From Candidatus Cloacimonadales bacterium (GTDB lineage: Bacteria; Cloacimonadota; Cloacimonadia; Cloacimonadales; JAFGVF01), in NCBI GenBank assembly GCA_963662585.1, contig OY759729.1:1784234-1848233 (forward strand): DNA of 64,000 nucleotides. The letters are read 5' to 3'. Shown here in pieces: positions 37,181-47,074 of this stretch. Below the pieces are notes generated by a model that saw only the letters and a program-made list of their open reading frames with translations, searched no databases and was not told the origin of the DNA. A program made the translations under genes and the position numbers. Positions within the stretch are counted from its first letter, which is position 1; each line of letters opens with the position of its first letter.

Positions 37181-39487
37181 ATGGCTTATAAAAATAGATT
37201 AGTAGAATTGTTGAACAATGCTAATGAAACAGATTCTATGGACCCTGAGACTAAATTAAAAAATGTACTAGAACTATATTCAGAGATAAAGGATAGTGAT
37301 GACTATGAATCAATAGGGAAGTTATGCAAACTTATAGGGACAATTTATCTTCAGAATGGTCATTCCGAAAAATCTGCAAATTATTATCAGCAAGCAATCG
37401 CTAATTTTAAGCTAGTAAATAGTTATAGTGATTTAGGCAATGTATATAACAATTTAGTAATAACTGCTTACTATCAAAATACTTTTAATAAGATTGAAGA
37501 GTATAGCAATTTAGCCTTAGAGAATTTTGAAAAAGCTGGTGTTGCAAGTGGGGTAATTGCAGTAACTAATAATTTAGCTAAGTATTATAGAAATATTCAG
37601 GCCTTTGATAAAGCTTATTCATTATTAAAAAAGACTCTTAGTGATTATGGTAAATTATTGGATGATGAAAGTAGAGTAGTAATGCGAGCAAACTATGGTA
37701 ATGTGTGTATAAACCTTGGAAATATTGATGAGGGACTTAATATCTTAAAAGAGATTTCTCAAGAAGTTGATGGTAGTAGGAATTTTCAAGGTATGGCTAT
37801 TGTTAATCTTTATTTAGCTGAATATTATGAATCTATTGGTGATTATAAAAGTGCTTTGAGTAGTTACAAGAGAAGGTACACAAGTGCAATAGTTGGTAGG
37901 CAAGAAGAAATTAACTCTGAACTGAATAAATATTTAAACTCTTTCAATATGGATATTGACAGACTTCAATATGATAGAATGGTAAAGCAGAATGAAAAAT
38001 TAATAAATGATCACAAAGCAGCCACAAAAAAGAATGGTTTCTTAGAAACTTTGATTAATACAATTCCTTTACCTCTATTTTACTGTGATTTAGATTATTA
38101 TTATCTTGGATGTAATGATGCACTTGCCAAATACTTTGACATTACAAAGAAAGATATCATAGGTAGGCGGGTCGGATTTACTCTGACCAAAGATAAAGAG
38201 GTCAACTATATTGCTAAGAAAATATTAGAATTAAAAGAGCAAAAAGAACCAGTCCAATTTGTTACTAAATTAACTAAACATGGTAATGATAAAAGGACTG
38301 TTGAGCTTTTCTTTAGTCTGTTTTATAATGATGATGGAGAAGTAGCTGGAATATTAGGGATGATTAAAGATATTACTCAAGAGAAAAAACAGCAGTATGA
38401 GATTAAAGAGTTAAATGCTCATTTGAAGTCTGTTTTGGAGAGTGCTTCTCAAGTATATATCTGTTCCATAGATAGGAATTATAAGTACAAGTATTTTAAT
38501 AAAAACTATGCAAAATCAGTTAAAAGGCATATTGGAAAAGTAATTGATAAAGGTAGTAGCTATTTTGAGAGATATCAAACTGAAACAGAGATAAGAGATA
38601 AACATAAATTACTTGATAAAGTCTTTGCTGGTGAAGTTATCTCTGGTATTCGAGAATATAATGATGTTAATCCACCTGAAATTCTTCAATACTATTACTC
38701 ACCAATTATTGAAGAAGGTGGCCAGATTATTGGGGCAACTGTCTTTTCTTATGATATAACAGAGCGAGTATTAGCTCAGAGAGAACTAGCTCTTTCTAAC
38801 AAGACTAAGGATAAATTCTTTTCAATTATCGCTCATGATTTACGCTCTCCTATTGGAAATATTAAATCTGCTTTAGAATTCATCACCACTGAAGAAGAGT
38901 TATCAAATAGTGAGATGATGGAGTTACTAGAAAAGCTATCAGGTTCAGCAATGAATACTTACGATTTATTAGAGAATCTACTACAATGGTCATTAACCCA
39001 GAGAGGACTTATAGAAAATAACTCTACTTATCATTGGCTTTCTAATTTATGCGAAAAAGTGATAAAACTTTCCCTAAACATAGCTCATAGCAAGAACATA
39101 AATATTGAAGTTATTTGTTCTGAAGAGATAAAAGTTTTTGTAGATAAAAATATGTTCTTTACTATTCTAAGAAATCTTCTAAATAACGCAATTAAGTACT
39201 CTTATGAAAATACTACTATTTTTGTTAAAGTAGAAAGTGATGATAATTTTGCAGTTATAAGAGTAATTGATCATGGAATCGGGATTAAGCCAGAAGTAAT
39301 ACCTTATCTTAATCAAATGGATAAAACAGTTACTACTTATGGTACTGCTGGTGAAATTGGCTCAGGTTTAGGCTTGGTTTTATGTCATGAGTTAGTTGAT
39401 AAATTAGGTGGAAGACTTTGGATCGAGAGTGAAGAAGGTAAAGGCTCTACCTTCAGTTTTACTGTACCAGTAAAAGAGAGTTATTAA
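37181..39487 (+). CDS. Sensor histidine kinase with TPR-like N-terminus and PAS domains
   Basis: 768 aa. H-box FFSIIAHDLRSP. HATPase boxes NNAIKYS, DHGIGI, GSGLGL. Confidence 0.8.
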   Translation: MAYKNRLVELLNNANETDSMDPETKLKNVLELYSEIKDSDDYESIGKLCKLIGTIYLQNGHSEKSANYYQQAIANFKLVNSYSDLGNVYNNLVITAYYQNTFNKIEEYSNLALENFEKAGVASGVIAVTNNLAKYYRNIQAFDKAYSLLKKTLSDYGKLLDDESRVVMRANYGNVCINLGNIDEGLNILKEISQEVDGSRNFQGMAIVNLYLAEYYESIGDYKSALSSYKRRYTSAIVGRQEEINSELNKYLNSFNMDIDRLQYDRMVKQNEKLINDHKAATKKNGFLETLINTIPLPLFYCDLDYYYLGCNDALAKYFDITKKDIIGRRVGFTLTKDKEVNYIAKKILELKEQKEPVQFVTKLTKHGNDKRTVELFFSLFYNDDGEVAGILGMIKDITQEKKQQYEIKELNAHLKSVLESASQVYICSIDRNYKYKYFNKNYAKSVKRHIGKVIDKGSSYFERYQTETEIRDKHKLLDKVFAGEVISGIREYNDVNPPEILQYYYSPIIEEGGQIIGATVFSYDITERVLAQRELALSNKTKDKFFSIIAHDLRSPIGNIKSALEFITTEEELSNSEMMELLEKLSGSAMNTYDLLENLLQWSLTQRGLIENNSTYHWLSNLCEKVIKLSLNIAHSKNINIEVICSEEIKVFVDKNMFFTILRNLLNNAIKYSYENTTIFVKVESDDNFAVIRVIDHGIGIKPEVIPYLNQMDKTVTTYGTAGEIGSGLGLVLCHELVDKLGGRLWIESEEGKGSTFSFTVPVKESY

Positions 39488-39895
39488 TTGGAGACAGTTT
39501 GTGTTAGATTAACCCCAGGTTCAAAGCTGAGGGAATCAATTTATCAGATAGCTAAAGAAGGAAATATAAAGGCTGGGATAGTTTTAACTTGTGTAGGAAG
39601 TTTGCAAGAGCTTAATATCCGCTTAGCTGGAGCAAATCATAAAATCTCCAATCATGACAAGTATGAAATAGTATCTTTAGTCGGAACATTTAACCAACTA
39701 GATCAGGGACATTTTCATATCTCTGTTGCAGATAGGAAAGGAAATTGTTATGGAGGACATCTTTTGGAAGATAATATAGTAGCTACAACAATAGAATTAG
39801 TGTTAGGTATTTTACCTGGAAAACAATTTTTGAGAAAAACAGACCCTGAAACAGGATATTTAGAGTTAGTAATAGAAGATGATATACTTAGATAA
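39488..39895 (+). CDS. PPC/DUF296-domain protein
   Basis: 135 aa. VRLTPGSKLRESI…GSLQELNIRLAG…GHFHISV resembles the DUF296 fold family. TTG start. Confidence 0.55.
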   Translation: METVCVRLTPGSKLRESIYQIAKEGNIKAGIVLTCVGSLQELNIRLAGANHKISNHDKYEIVSLVGTFNQLDQGHFHISVADRKGNCYGGHLLEDNIVATTIELVLGILPGKQFLRKTDPETGYLELVIEDDILR

Positions 39896-41033
39896 TGCGG
39901 CTACATCATTTCCTAAAGCACCTGGCCTTGCAGAAGGAATTGCTTGGCATCTTAACAATATTGCTGGAAATACTGGTCGCTCTTCCTATAGAGCTTCTGT
40001 TCATAATTCTATAATGATTTATGAAGCTAGGGAGAAGTTAGCTGACTTGCTTCATTGCTCAGATAGCTCTAGAATAATTTTTACAAATAATGCTACCCAC
40101 TCTTTAAATATGGTAATTTTAGGAAGTATAAAAGAAGGGGAGAGGATTTTAGTTTCTCCTTTAGAACACAATTCAGTAATGCGTCCTTTATCCTACCTCA
40201 AGCAGAATAAAAATATTGAAATATTAACTTATAAATTAACTGATAATTTAGAAATAGATTGGACTGATTTCCACTTTCAGCTCAAGAATAACAAAATTGA
40301 CAGAGTGGTAACTACTATTTCTTCTAATGTTACCGGGACTATTTTTCCTTTAGAGAAAATTAGTGAACTTTGTACTCAGTATAATATCCCCCTTCTAGTA
40401 GATGCTGCTCAATTTATTGGCTATGAAGAACTAGACTTAAGTAAAATGAATGTTAGTGCTCTTTGTTTTCCTGGTCATAAAGGCTTATTAGGACCAAGTG
40501 GTACTGGAGCTTTATGGTTTAAGGAAGATTATGATTTTCAAGCCCTTACTTTTGGTGGGACTGGCTCTAAATCAGATTCAATTCTCCAACCAGATTTCCT
40601 TCCTGATAAATATGAAAGTGGGACTTTGAATATTAGTGGTATTTATGGATTGTCTCTTGCTTTAGATTATCTAAAAAAGAAAGGGATAAGCAATATAAGA
40701 AAAGAAAGAAAAGAAATCACCCACTATATACTTCAAAGAATGAATGAAATTGATGAAGCTATTATCTACAGTAATTCTGATTTAGATAGACAGATAGGGG
40801 TAATTTCCTTTAACCTGAAAAATATACCTTCTTCTGATGTAACTCTACACTTAGATAGAAAAGATATTGCGGTCAGAATGGGATTGCATTGTTCTCCCCA
40901 AGCCCATAAATTCCTGGGCACTTTAGAGTTAGGTGGAACTGTGAGGATTAGTCCAAGTTCCTTCACAACATCAGATGAGATTGATAAAACTATTGAAACA
41001 TTAAAAGAGATTATTTATGGATTTAAAATTTAA
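39879..41033 (+). CDS. Class V aminotransferase: cysteine desulfurase / selenocysteine lyase-like
   Basis: 384 aa. PLP-lysine context FPGHKGLLGPSGTGALW and active-site RMGLHCSP. Directly upstream of selD. Confidence 0.75.
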   Translation: MIYLDNAATSFPKAPGLAEGIAWHLNNIAGNTGRSSYRASVHNSIMIYEAREKLADLLHCSDSSRIIFTNNATHSLNMVILGSIKEGERILVSPLEHNSVMRPLSYLKQNKNIEILTYKLTDNLEIDWTDFHFQLKNNKIDRVVTTISSNVTGTIFPLEKISELCTQYNIPLLVDAAQFIGYEELDLSKMNVSALCFPGHKGLLGPSGTGALWFKEDYDFQALTFGGTGSKSDSILQPDFLPDKYESGTLNISGIYGLSLALDYLKKKGISNIRKERKEITHYILQRMNEIDEAIIYSNSDLDRQIGVISFNLKNIPSSDVTLHLDRKDIAVRMGLHCSPQAHKFLGTLELGGTVRISPSSFTTSDEIDKTIETLKEIIYGFKI

Positions 41034-42066
41034 AGTTAAAAAGCTTACTGATTACAGTAAGTACTCCGGCTGAGGAGCTAAATTGAGTCCAGAGGTTCTG
41101 GATAGAGCTTTGTCAGGTATGGTGCAAGCCCATTACCCTAACTTACTGCTTGATTATTCTCATGCTGAAGATGCAGGTGTTTATCTCATAAATGAGGACT
41201 TAGCCATTGTGCAAACTTTGGACTTCTTCCCACCAATTGTAGATGACCCTTATCATTTTGGACAGATTGCTGCCTGTAATGCTCTTTCTGATATCTACGC
41301 CATGGGAGGAATACCTAAAACTGCTATGAGTATTGTCTGTTTCCCTGATGATACTCTCGATATTGGTATTCTTAGAGAAATAATGCAAGGAGCCTTGAGT
41401 ATCTTAACAGAGGCGGAAACAGCTCTTGTAGGTGGGCATAGTATTAGTGATAGTGATATTAAATTTGGACTTTCAGTAACGGGTTTTGTTAATCCTAAAA
41501 AAATAATTAAGAATAATACACCGCGAGATAAGGATGTAATTATTGTTACTAAACCTATCGGAACAGGGATTATTAATACTGTGTTAAAAGCAGATATGGC
41601 TTCACCTAAATTGATAGACTTGTCAATAAAATACATGACTCAACTCAACAAGAAGGCAGCTGAAATTGCTTTAAAATATGATATATCATGCGGGACAGAT
41701 ATTACAGGATTTGGTCTCTTAGGCCATCTAGTGGAAATGATTCAAGACTCTTCACTTGGTGCTTTAATTCAATATGAGAAGATTAATGTTTTGCCTGAAG
41801 TTTTAGATTTTGCTGAAATGGGACTAGTTCCTGCTGGAGCTTATAATAACAAAAATTATAGAAGCTGTTTTATAAATAATTTTGCTAATCACCCTGCGGA
41901 AAAAATGGATATTCTTTTTGATCCTCAAACTTCAGGAGGGCTTATGTTAGGAGTAAATCCTGAACAAGCAGAATTAATGCTCAAAGAATTACTTGAAGCT
42001 GGGATTGATGCCTATATTTGTGGTAAGTTTAGCTCTAGTATTTCTAAGATAGAGGTTGAGTTTTAA
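41017..42066 (+). CDS. selD: Selenophosphate synthetase (selenide, water dikinase), selenocysteine-containing
   Basis: ATG 41017 is in frame with track ORF 41083-42066 through one TGA at 41071-41073. The translation MDLKFKVKKLTDYSKYSG-U-GAKLSPEVLDRAL aligns with the E. coli SelD N-terminus [23 protein letters not shown], with U at the catalytic Cys17 position. Confidence 0.8.
41088..41102 (+). promoter_or_regulatory. Candidate SECIS hairpin apex
   Basis: TCCAGA-GGT-TCTGGA perfect 6-bp stem starting 14 nt after the UGA, with a G/U-containing loop. Bacterial SECIS elements lie immediately downstream of the UGA. Confidence 0.4.
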
Positions 42067-42305
42067 TGCAGTTCGTGATTACCTTTCCTTCTTCTCATAA
42101 TGCTATGCAGGCTAATAAGATATTCTCTTCTAGTGATATAAAATGTGAAATAATTCCTACTCCTAGGCAAATAAGTTCAGAGTGCGGTTTCGCTATCTTA
42201 GGTGAGATTGAAGATATAATAGATTTGACAGAATTTAGCTCGATAAATAAACTAAAAATTGATAAAATATATATAAAGAGAGGGGAGATTTATGAAGAGT
42301 GTTGA
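42066..42305 (+). CDS. DUF3343-like small protein
   Basis: 79 aa. Starts at the selD stop. This family is commonly next to selD/yedF; assignment is recall-based. Confidence 0.5.
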   Translation: MQFVITFPSSHNAMQANKIFSSSDIKCEIIPTPRQISSECGFAILGEIEDIIDLTEFSSINKLKIDKIYIKRGEIYEEC

Positions 42306-42909
42306 TGGCAGAAAACTAGCTTGTCCAAAGCCTGTTTTGTTAACCAAAGAAGCAATTAGTGATGAATCAACTAATCAAGTTGAAGTGATTGTAGATAACT
42401 CTGCAGCCTTAGAGAATGTTAAAAGATTTCTTGTGAAATTTGGTTTTGAGGTTAAGGATGTTCAGCAGAAGGCTAATGACTATCATATTTTTGCTGATAG
42501 ACTGGAAATTATTGACTCTGACTCCGAATTCGATGTTAATGAATATCCTTGTCCTGTGCCAAATACCGCAAATAAAGGGAAAACAATATTTATTAAGAGT
42601 GAATTCCTAGGTATCGGAGATGATAAACTAGGTGCTTTACTTATGAAAGCATTCATCTATACTTTGAATGAAGTTGATAACCAACCAGTGAGGCTTCTCT
42701 TTATGAATTCAGGAGTAAAACTCTGTATTGAGAATGCAATTACTCTTGATAATTTGCAAAAATTAGAAGAGAAAGGTGTGGATATTTTAGTTTGTGGTAC
42801 TTGCTTAGATTTCTTTGGATTATCAGACAAATTAAAAGTTGGCAAAGTATCAAATATGTACGATATAGCTGGAAGTCTTACTAGCGACAAGGATGTGGTA
42901 ACTATTTAA
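42292..42909 (+). CDS. YedF-type selenium-metabolism protein (TusA/SirA-like N-domain + DsrE-like C-domain)
   Basis: 205 aa with an N-terminal LACPKPVL (CPxP) motif. C-terminal half ends with VCGTCLDFFG. Confidence 0.65.
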   Translation: MKSVDGRKLACPKPVLLTKEAISDESTNQVEVIVDNSAALENVKRFLVKFGFEVKDVQQKANDYHIFADRLEIIDSDSEFDVNEYPCPVPNTANKGKTIFIKSEFLGIGDDKLGALLMKAFIYTLNEVDNQPVRLLFMNSGVKLCIENAITLDNLQKLEEKGVDILVCGTCLDFFGLSDKLKVGKVSNMYDIAGSLTSDKDVVTI

Positions 42910-42955
42910 TGATTTAAAAGACAAAATCTTGGTCAAAGCAAATATAATTATGATT

Positions 42956-42985
42956 AGGGCAAACTTCAGTGATTGCCCTTTTTTA
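42956..42985 (+). terminator. Rho-independent terminator between convergent genes
   Basis: AGGGCAA-(10 nt)-TTGCCCT followed by T6. Overlaps the stop of the minus-strand kinase. Confidence 0.55.
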
Positions 42986-45325
42986 TAGCTTCTTTTTAAT
43001 TTTATAAGCTCTTTCTAATATAATGGTTAAGTGTTTAATGTTAATAGGTTTACTAATATAGTTATCCATCCCTGCATCTAGATATTTGCTTTCATCTTCT
43101 GTTTTAGCATTCGCAGTAACTGCAACAATATATGGTTGAAGAAGGTCTTTCTTTTCTCTAATTAATTCCATAGCCTTCACCCCGTTCATAACTGGCATTT
43201 CAACATCCATTAAGATAATATCATAAATGTTGTTTATTGCTTTCTCATAAGCCTCTTTGCCATTATTGACTAAAGTAGGTAGATATCCAAGTTTTTTAAG
43301 GATAGCTATAATTAATTTTTGATTAATTTTATTATCTTCAGCAATTAAAATTTTAAGTGGGTAGTGTTTAGCAAAATCTTTATCAAATTTAAAGTGTGTA
43401 GAAATAGTTTGGTCTATCTTTTTAATATTTTCTTCAGTAGAAGGAGAAATATTTAATTCTACTGTGAAAGTTGAGCCTCGCCCGTATTTACTTTTAACAT
43501 AAACTTTACCTTGCATTGCATCAACTAATCTTTTAACAATAGCTAGACCTAAACCCGTTCCACCGGTTTGATTTGTTATTGATGATTTAGTTTGGGTAAA
43601 AGGTTCAAAGAGGTTCTTTAAATCTTCATTTTTTATCCCAATTCCAGTATCTTGAATAGAGAATCTATAATAGTTTTCTTGGATCATTTTTTCGAAAGTA
43701 ATTTCTATGCCACCTGTATCAGTGAATTTTACGGCATTATAGATAATATTCAACAATATCTGCTTAATTCTGATTTTGTCTCCATAAAAAAAGTTCTTCC
43801 CTTCTTTGTCATAGACAAATTTTATATATAGTCCTTTTTCTCTAATTCTAGAAATTACGATTGTTTCTATTTCGTGAAAAAGTTCGACTATTGAGAAGTT
43901 AGACTTTATAAGAGAGAAATTTGTTGATTCAAGTTTAGAAAAGTCTAAGACATCGTTAATAACCTCGAGTAATGTTCTTCCAGAAATTTTGATAGAGTTA
44001 ACAAAATCTTCTTGTTCTGCGTCAAGATGAGTATCCCTTAATAGGTCAGTCATTCCTAAAATACCATTGAGGGGAGTTCTGATCTCATGGCTCATTGTTG
44101 CTAAGAATTGACTTTTAGCAATATTCGCCGTTTCAGCTCTTTCTGTTTCTAATTTCAATTTATTTTGAAATTCAATAAATCGAGTGATATCCCGGGAAAT
44201 AATGGAAATTCCCACTACTTCATCGTTAAATACGATAGGGCTTGAAGAGAGCTCTCTGTAAATGGTTTTATTATCAACTTTTACCACAATATTCTTTTTC
44301 CTGCTACTCCCTTGAAAAGCATTTTCTATGAAACTTCTATGAGCTTCTAACTTGCTAGCTTCTTTATGAAGATAGAGGTTTAAACCAATTTCTATTTTAA
44401 AACCATACTCTCTAAGAAGATGTTCTTGATAAGATTTATTGAAATAAACAACATTTCCCAGAATATCTAAAGAGATGATCATTTCATCAATACTTTCAAG
44501 GAGAGAGTTAAGGTAGAGTTTTGTTTTAGTTAACTCTGAATGGGTCTTAATTTCATCATCTATGTCTCTGTAAATAGCATATAATCCGAAAGAACCATCT
44601 GGGAATCTAATTCTAGTACTCACTAAAGAGACATTCTTGGGATGTCCATCCTTGTGATATCTGATTAGGTTAATTTTAATAGTTTCTTGTGTTTCTAAGT
44701 CACGGTTAATTTTTTTACCAGCTTCTCGATCTTCAATTGAACAAATTGCATCATCAATAGATTTGCCAATTAAATCATCAGGCGTGTACCCAAAAATTTT
44801 AGTGAACATTGGATTTATACTAACAACATAACCATCTTCAGAGGTAAGAGCAATTGCTTCAGGAGCATTTTCGAAAAGTGTCTTGAACATTACCTCTTGT
44901 TTAGCAAGTTGATCTTCAATTAAATGAGTTTTAAAACTTGTTCTGGAGTTATCTATAATTGATTTAATAGCTATTGGTAGGCGAAAAGAGAATTTAGCAT
45001 CACTTAAACTATAATCTTTAACCCCTAGTTCAAGAAGATGCTTTATATCACCAACTTTAGTCCTTTCGACAAAGGCGAATATTGGTACTTGCGGTCTTAG
45101 GGAATTTAAAAAGGTGATAATTTGCTCACTTTTTCCCCAAGTGATATTGCAATAAAGAATCGCAATATCGAAAGCGTTACTTTCGAAAATACTTTTAAAC
45201 TCTTGCCAAGCCTGAACGCTAGAAATTATTGATTCTGGGAAATCAGTATTAAGTCGTTCTTTAGCAATAACTAAGTCCTGATTATTTTCGTGAATGATTA
45301 AAAATTTATATATTTCTCTTTTCAT
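42983..45325 (-). CDS. Hybrid sensor histidine kinase / response regulator with PAS domains
   Basis: 780 aa. H-box MSHEIRTPLNG, HATPase GGTGLGLAI, C-terminal receiver ILIAEDN…DVEMPVMNG. Confidence 0.8.
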   Translation of the reverse strand: MKREIYKFLIIHENNQDLVIAKERLNTDFPESIISSVQAWQEFKSIFESNAFDIAILYCNITWGKSEQIITFLNSLRPQVPIFAFVERTKVGDIKHLLELGVKDYSLSDAKFSFRLPIAIKSIIDNSRTSFKTHLIEDQLAKQEVMFKTLFENAPEAIALTSEDGYVVSINPMFTKIFGYTPDDLIGKSIDDAICSIEDREAGKKINRDLETQETIKINLIRYHKDGHPKNVSLVSTRIRFPDGSFGLYAIYRDIDDEIKTHSELTKTKLYLNSLLESIDEMIISLDILGNVVYFNKSYQEHLLREYGFKIEIGLNLYLHKEASKLEAHRSFIENAFQGSSRKKNIVVKVDNKTIYRELSSSPIVFNDEVVGISIISRDITRFIEFQNKLKLETERAETANIAKSQFLATMSHEIRTPLNGILGMTDLLRDTHLDAEQEDFVNSIKISGRTLLEVINDVLDFSKLESTNFSLIKSNFSIVELFHEIETIVISRIREKGLYIKFVYDKEGKNFFYGDKIRIKQILLNIIYNAVKFTDTGGIEITFEKMIQENYYRFSIQDTGIGIKNEDLKNLFEPFTQTKSSITNQTGGTGLGLAIVKRLVDAMQGKVYVKSKYGRGSTFTVELNISPSTEENIKKIDQTISTHFKFDKDFAKHYPLKILIAEDNKINQKLIIAILKKLGYLPTLVNNGKEAYEKAINNIYDIILMDVEMPVMNGVKAMELIREKKDLLQPYIVAVTANAKTEDESKYLDAGMDNYISKPINIKHLTIILERAYKIKKKL

Positions 45326-45430
45326 ATTAATAAAAATAAACTATATTGTATTTTAGTCAATCTAAAAAAGAAAAAAATATAAAAAAAGTAATAGATTGAG
45401 AAAAAAATAAGATTAGAATAAGGAGTCTCT

Positions 45431-46348
45431 ATGAAAAGAGGAGTGTTTTTTTTAATTGCGATAACAATAATATCAGTTTTTGCTTGTAGTAAAGATACTA
45501 AAGTTGAAGAGAATTATTTCGTAAGCATTTTACCACAAAAGTATTTTGTTGAGAGAGTAGTTGGTGAGATGTTTAATATCGAGGTACTTGTTAAGCCAGG
45601 AGAAAGTCCTGCTACTTATGAACCAACTACCAAACAGATGATTGGATTAAGTAAGGCTAAAGCTCTATTTACTATTGGAGTGGCTTTTGAAGATAATTTA
45701 ATTCCAAAACTTAAAGAACAATATCCTAAGCTAGGAATAGTAGCCACTGATAAAAATATTATTAAGCATAATCCTGCTAGTTTTGTAGAAATTTTTGCAG
45801 AGGAAGATCATACTTCTCATCAGCATAATGAAGAAATGGATGAACACCACCACCATGAAGGATTAGATCCGCATATTTGGCTAAGTCCCGACCTAGTAAA
45901 AATACAAGTAACTAATATTGCAGATTATTTTATCAGAGCATATCCAGAGGAAAAGTCTTATTTTGAAAAGAATAGGGATGCCTTTATTGCGGAATTAGAT
46001 GAGGTCTCTCAAGAGATAAAACAAATATTTATAAATAAAGAAAGCAGAGAATTTTTATGTTTTCATCCTGCTTGGGGATATTTTGCTGATCAATTTAATT
46101 TGAAACAGATTCCTATTGAAATAGAAGGGAAAGAGCCAACCCCTAGAGAACAAGAACAGATTATAGAATTCGCTCAAACTCAAGGAATTAAATTTATTTT
46201 TGTACAGGCCCAGTTTGATCAAAGAGTCGCATCTTCAATAGCAGAACAAATTTCTGGTTCAGTAATTTTGATTGACCCTTTAGCTGAAAATTATTTAGTT
46301 AACTTAAAAAATATCGCTATTAAATTAGCAGAAAGTATGGGAAAATGA
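45431..46348 (+). CDS. Metal (probably zinc) ABC transporter substrate-binding lipoprotein, ZnuA-like
   Basis: 305 aa. Signal peptide plus lipobox-like FAC. His-rich loop HTSHQHNEEMDEHHHHEGLDPHIW typical of ZnuA. Confidence 0.8.
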   Translation: MKRGVFFLIAITIISVFACSKDTKVEENYFVSILPQKYFVERVVGEMFNIEVLVKPGESPATYEPTTKQMIGLSKAKALFTIGVAFEDNLIPKLKEQYPKLGIVATDKNIIKHNPASFVEIFAEEDHTSHQHNEEMDEHHHHEGLDPHIWLSPDLVKIQVTNIADYFIRAYPEEKSYFEKNRDAFIAELDEVSQEIKQIFINKESREFLCFHPAWGYFADQFNLKQIPIEIEGKEPTPREQEQIIEFAQTQGIKFIFVQAQFDQRVASSIAEQISGSVILIDPLAENYLVNLKNIAIKLAESMGK

Positions 46349-47073
46349 ATGTAATTGAATTTGAAGATGTAGATTTTAACTATGATAACAGTCCAGCATT
46401 AATAGATATAAATTTTTCTATTGATAGTAATGATTTTGTAGCTATAGTTGGACCTAACGGAGGGGGCAAGTCAACACTGCTTAAGTTAATTCTTGCCCAG
46501 TTATCCCCTTCAAAGGGAACAATAAGCGTGTTTGGAGAGAAGAACTATAAGTCTTTAGAGAAACTAGGTTATGTTCCTCAATTCACTACTCATCAACATG
46601 ATTTTCCATTAAGGTTGATGGATATGGTTTTACAGGGTCGGCTTAGAAGCAACTCTCTCTTTGTTAGACATTCCCGAGAGGATAAGAGAAGAGCAACTGA
46701 AATATTAGAAATGCTTAAGATTGGTGAATTTAAAGATAGGTTCTTGTCAGAACTATCAGGAGGGCAGAGACAAAGGGCTCTAATTGCTCGAGCTTTAATT
46801 GATGACCCAGAAATCTTAATTTTAGATGAGCCTACTGCTTCTGTAGATATCTCAGTTGAACAAGATATTTATGATATTTTGAAGAATTTAAACAAGAATA
46901 TGACTATTTTGTTGGTTACTCATGATGTTAGTTTTGTCTCTAAATATGTAAATAAGGTATTTTGTGTTAATAGATATCTTCATGCTCATCAGTTGGATGA
47001 ATTAACAGATACTAATGCTCAGGAAGTATATAATAAATCAATGAAAATGATAAAACATCAGTGTGGATTATAA
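46345..47073 (+). CDS. Metal ABC transporter ATP-binding protein (ZnuC-like)
   Basis: 242 aa. Walker A GPNGGGKST, signature LSGGQRQR, Walker B ILILDEP. Confidence 0.85.
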   Translation: MNVIEFEDVDFNYDNSPALIDINFSIDSNDFVAIVGPNGGGKSTLLKLILAQLSPSKGTISVFGEKNYKSLEKLGYVPQFTTHQHDFPLRLMDMVLQGRLRSNSLFVRHSREDKRRATEILEMLKIGEFKDRFLSELSGGQRQRALIARALIDDPEILILDEPTASVDISVEQDIYDILKNLNKNMTILLVTHDVSFVSKYVNKVFCVNRYLHAHQLDELTDTNAQEVYNKSMKMIKHQCGL

Positions 47074-47074
47074 G

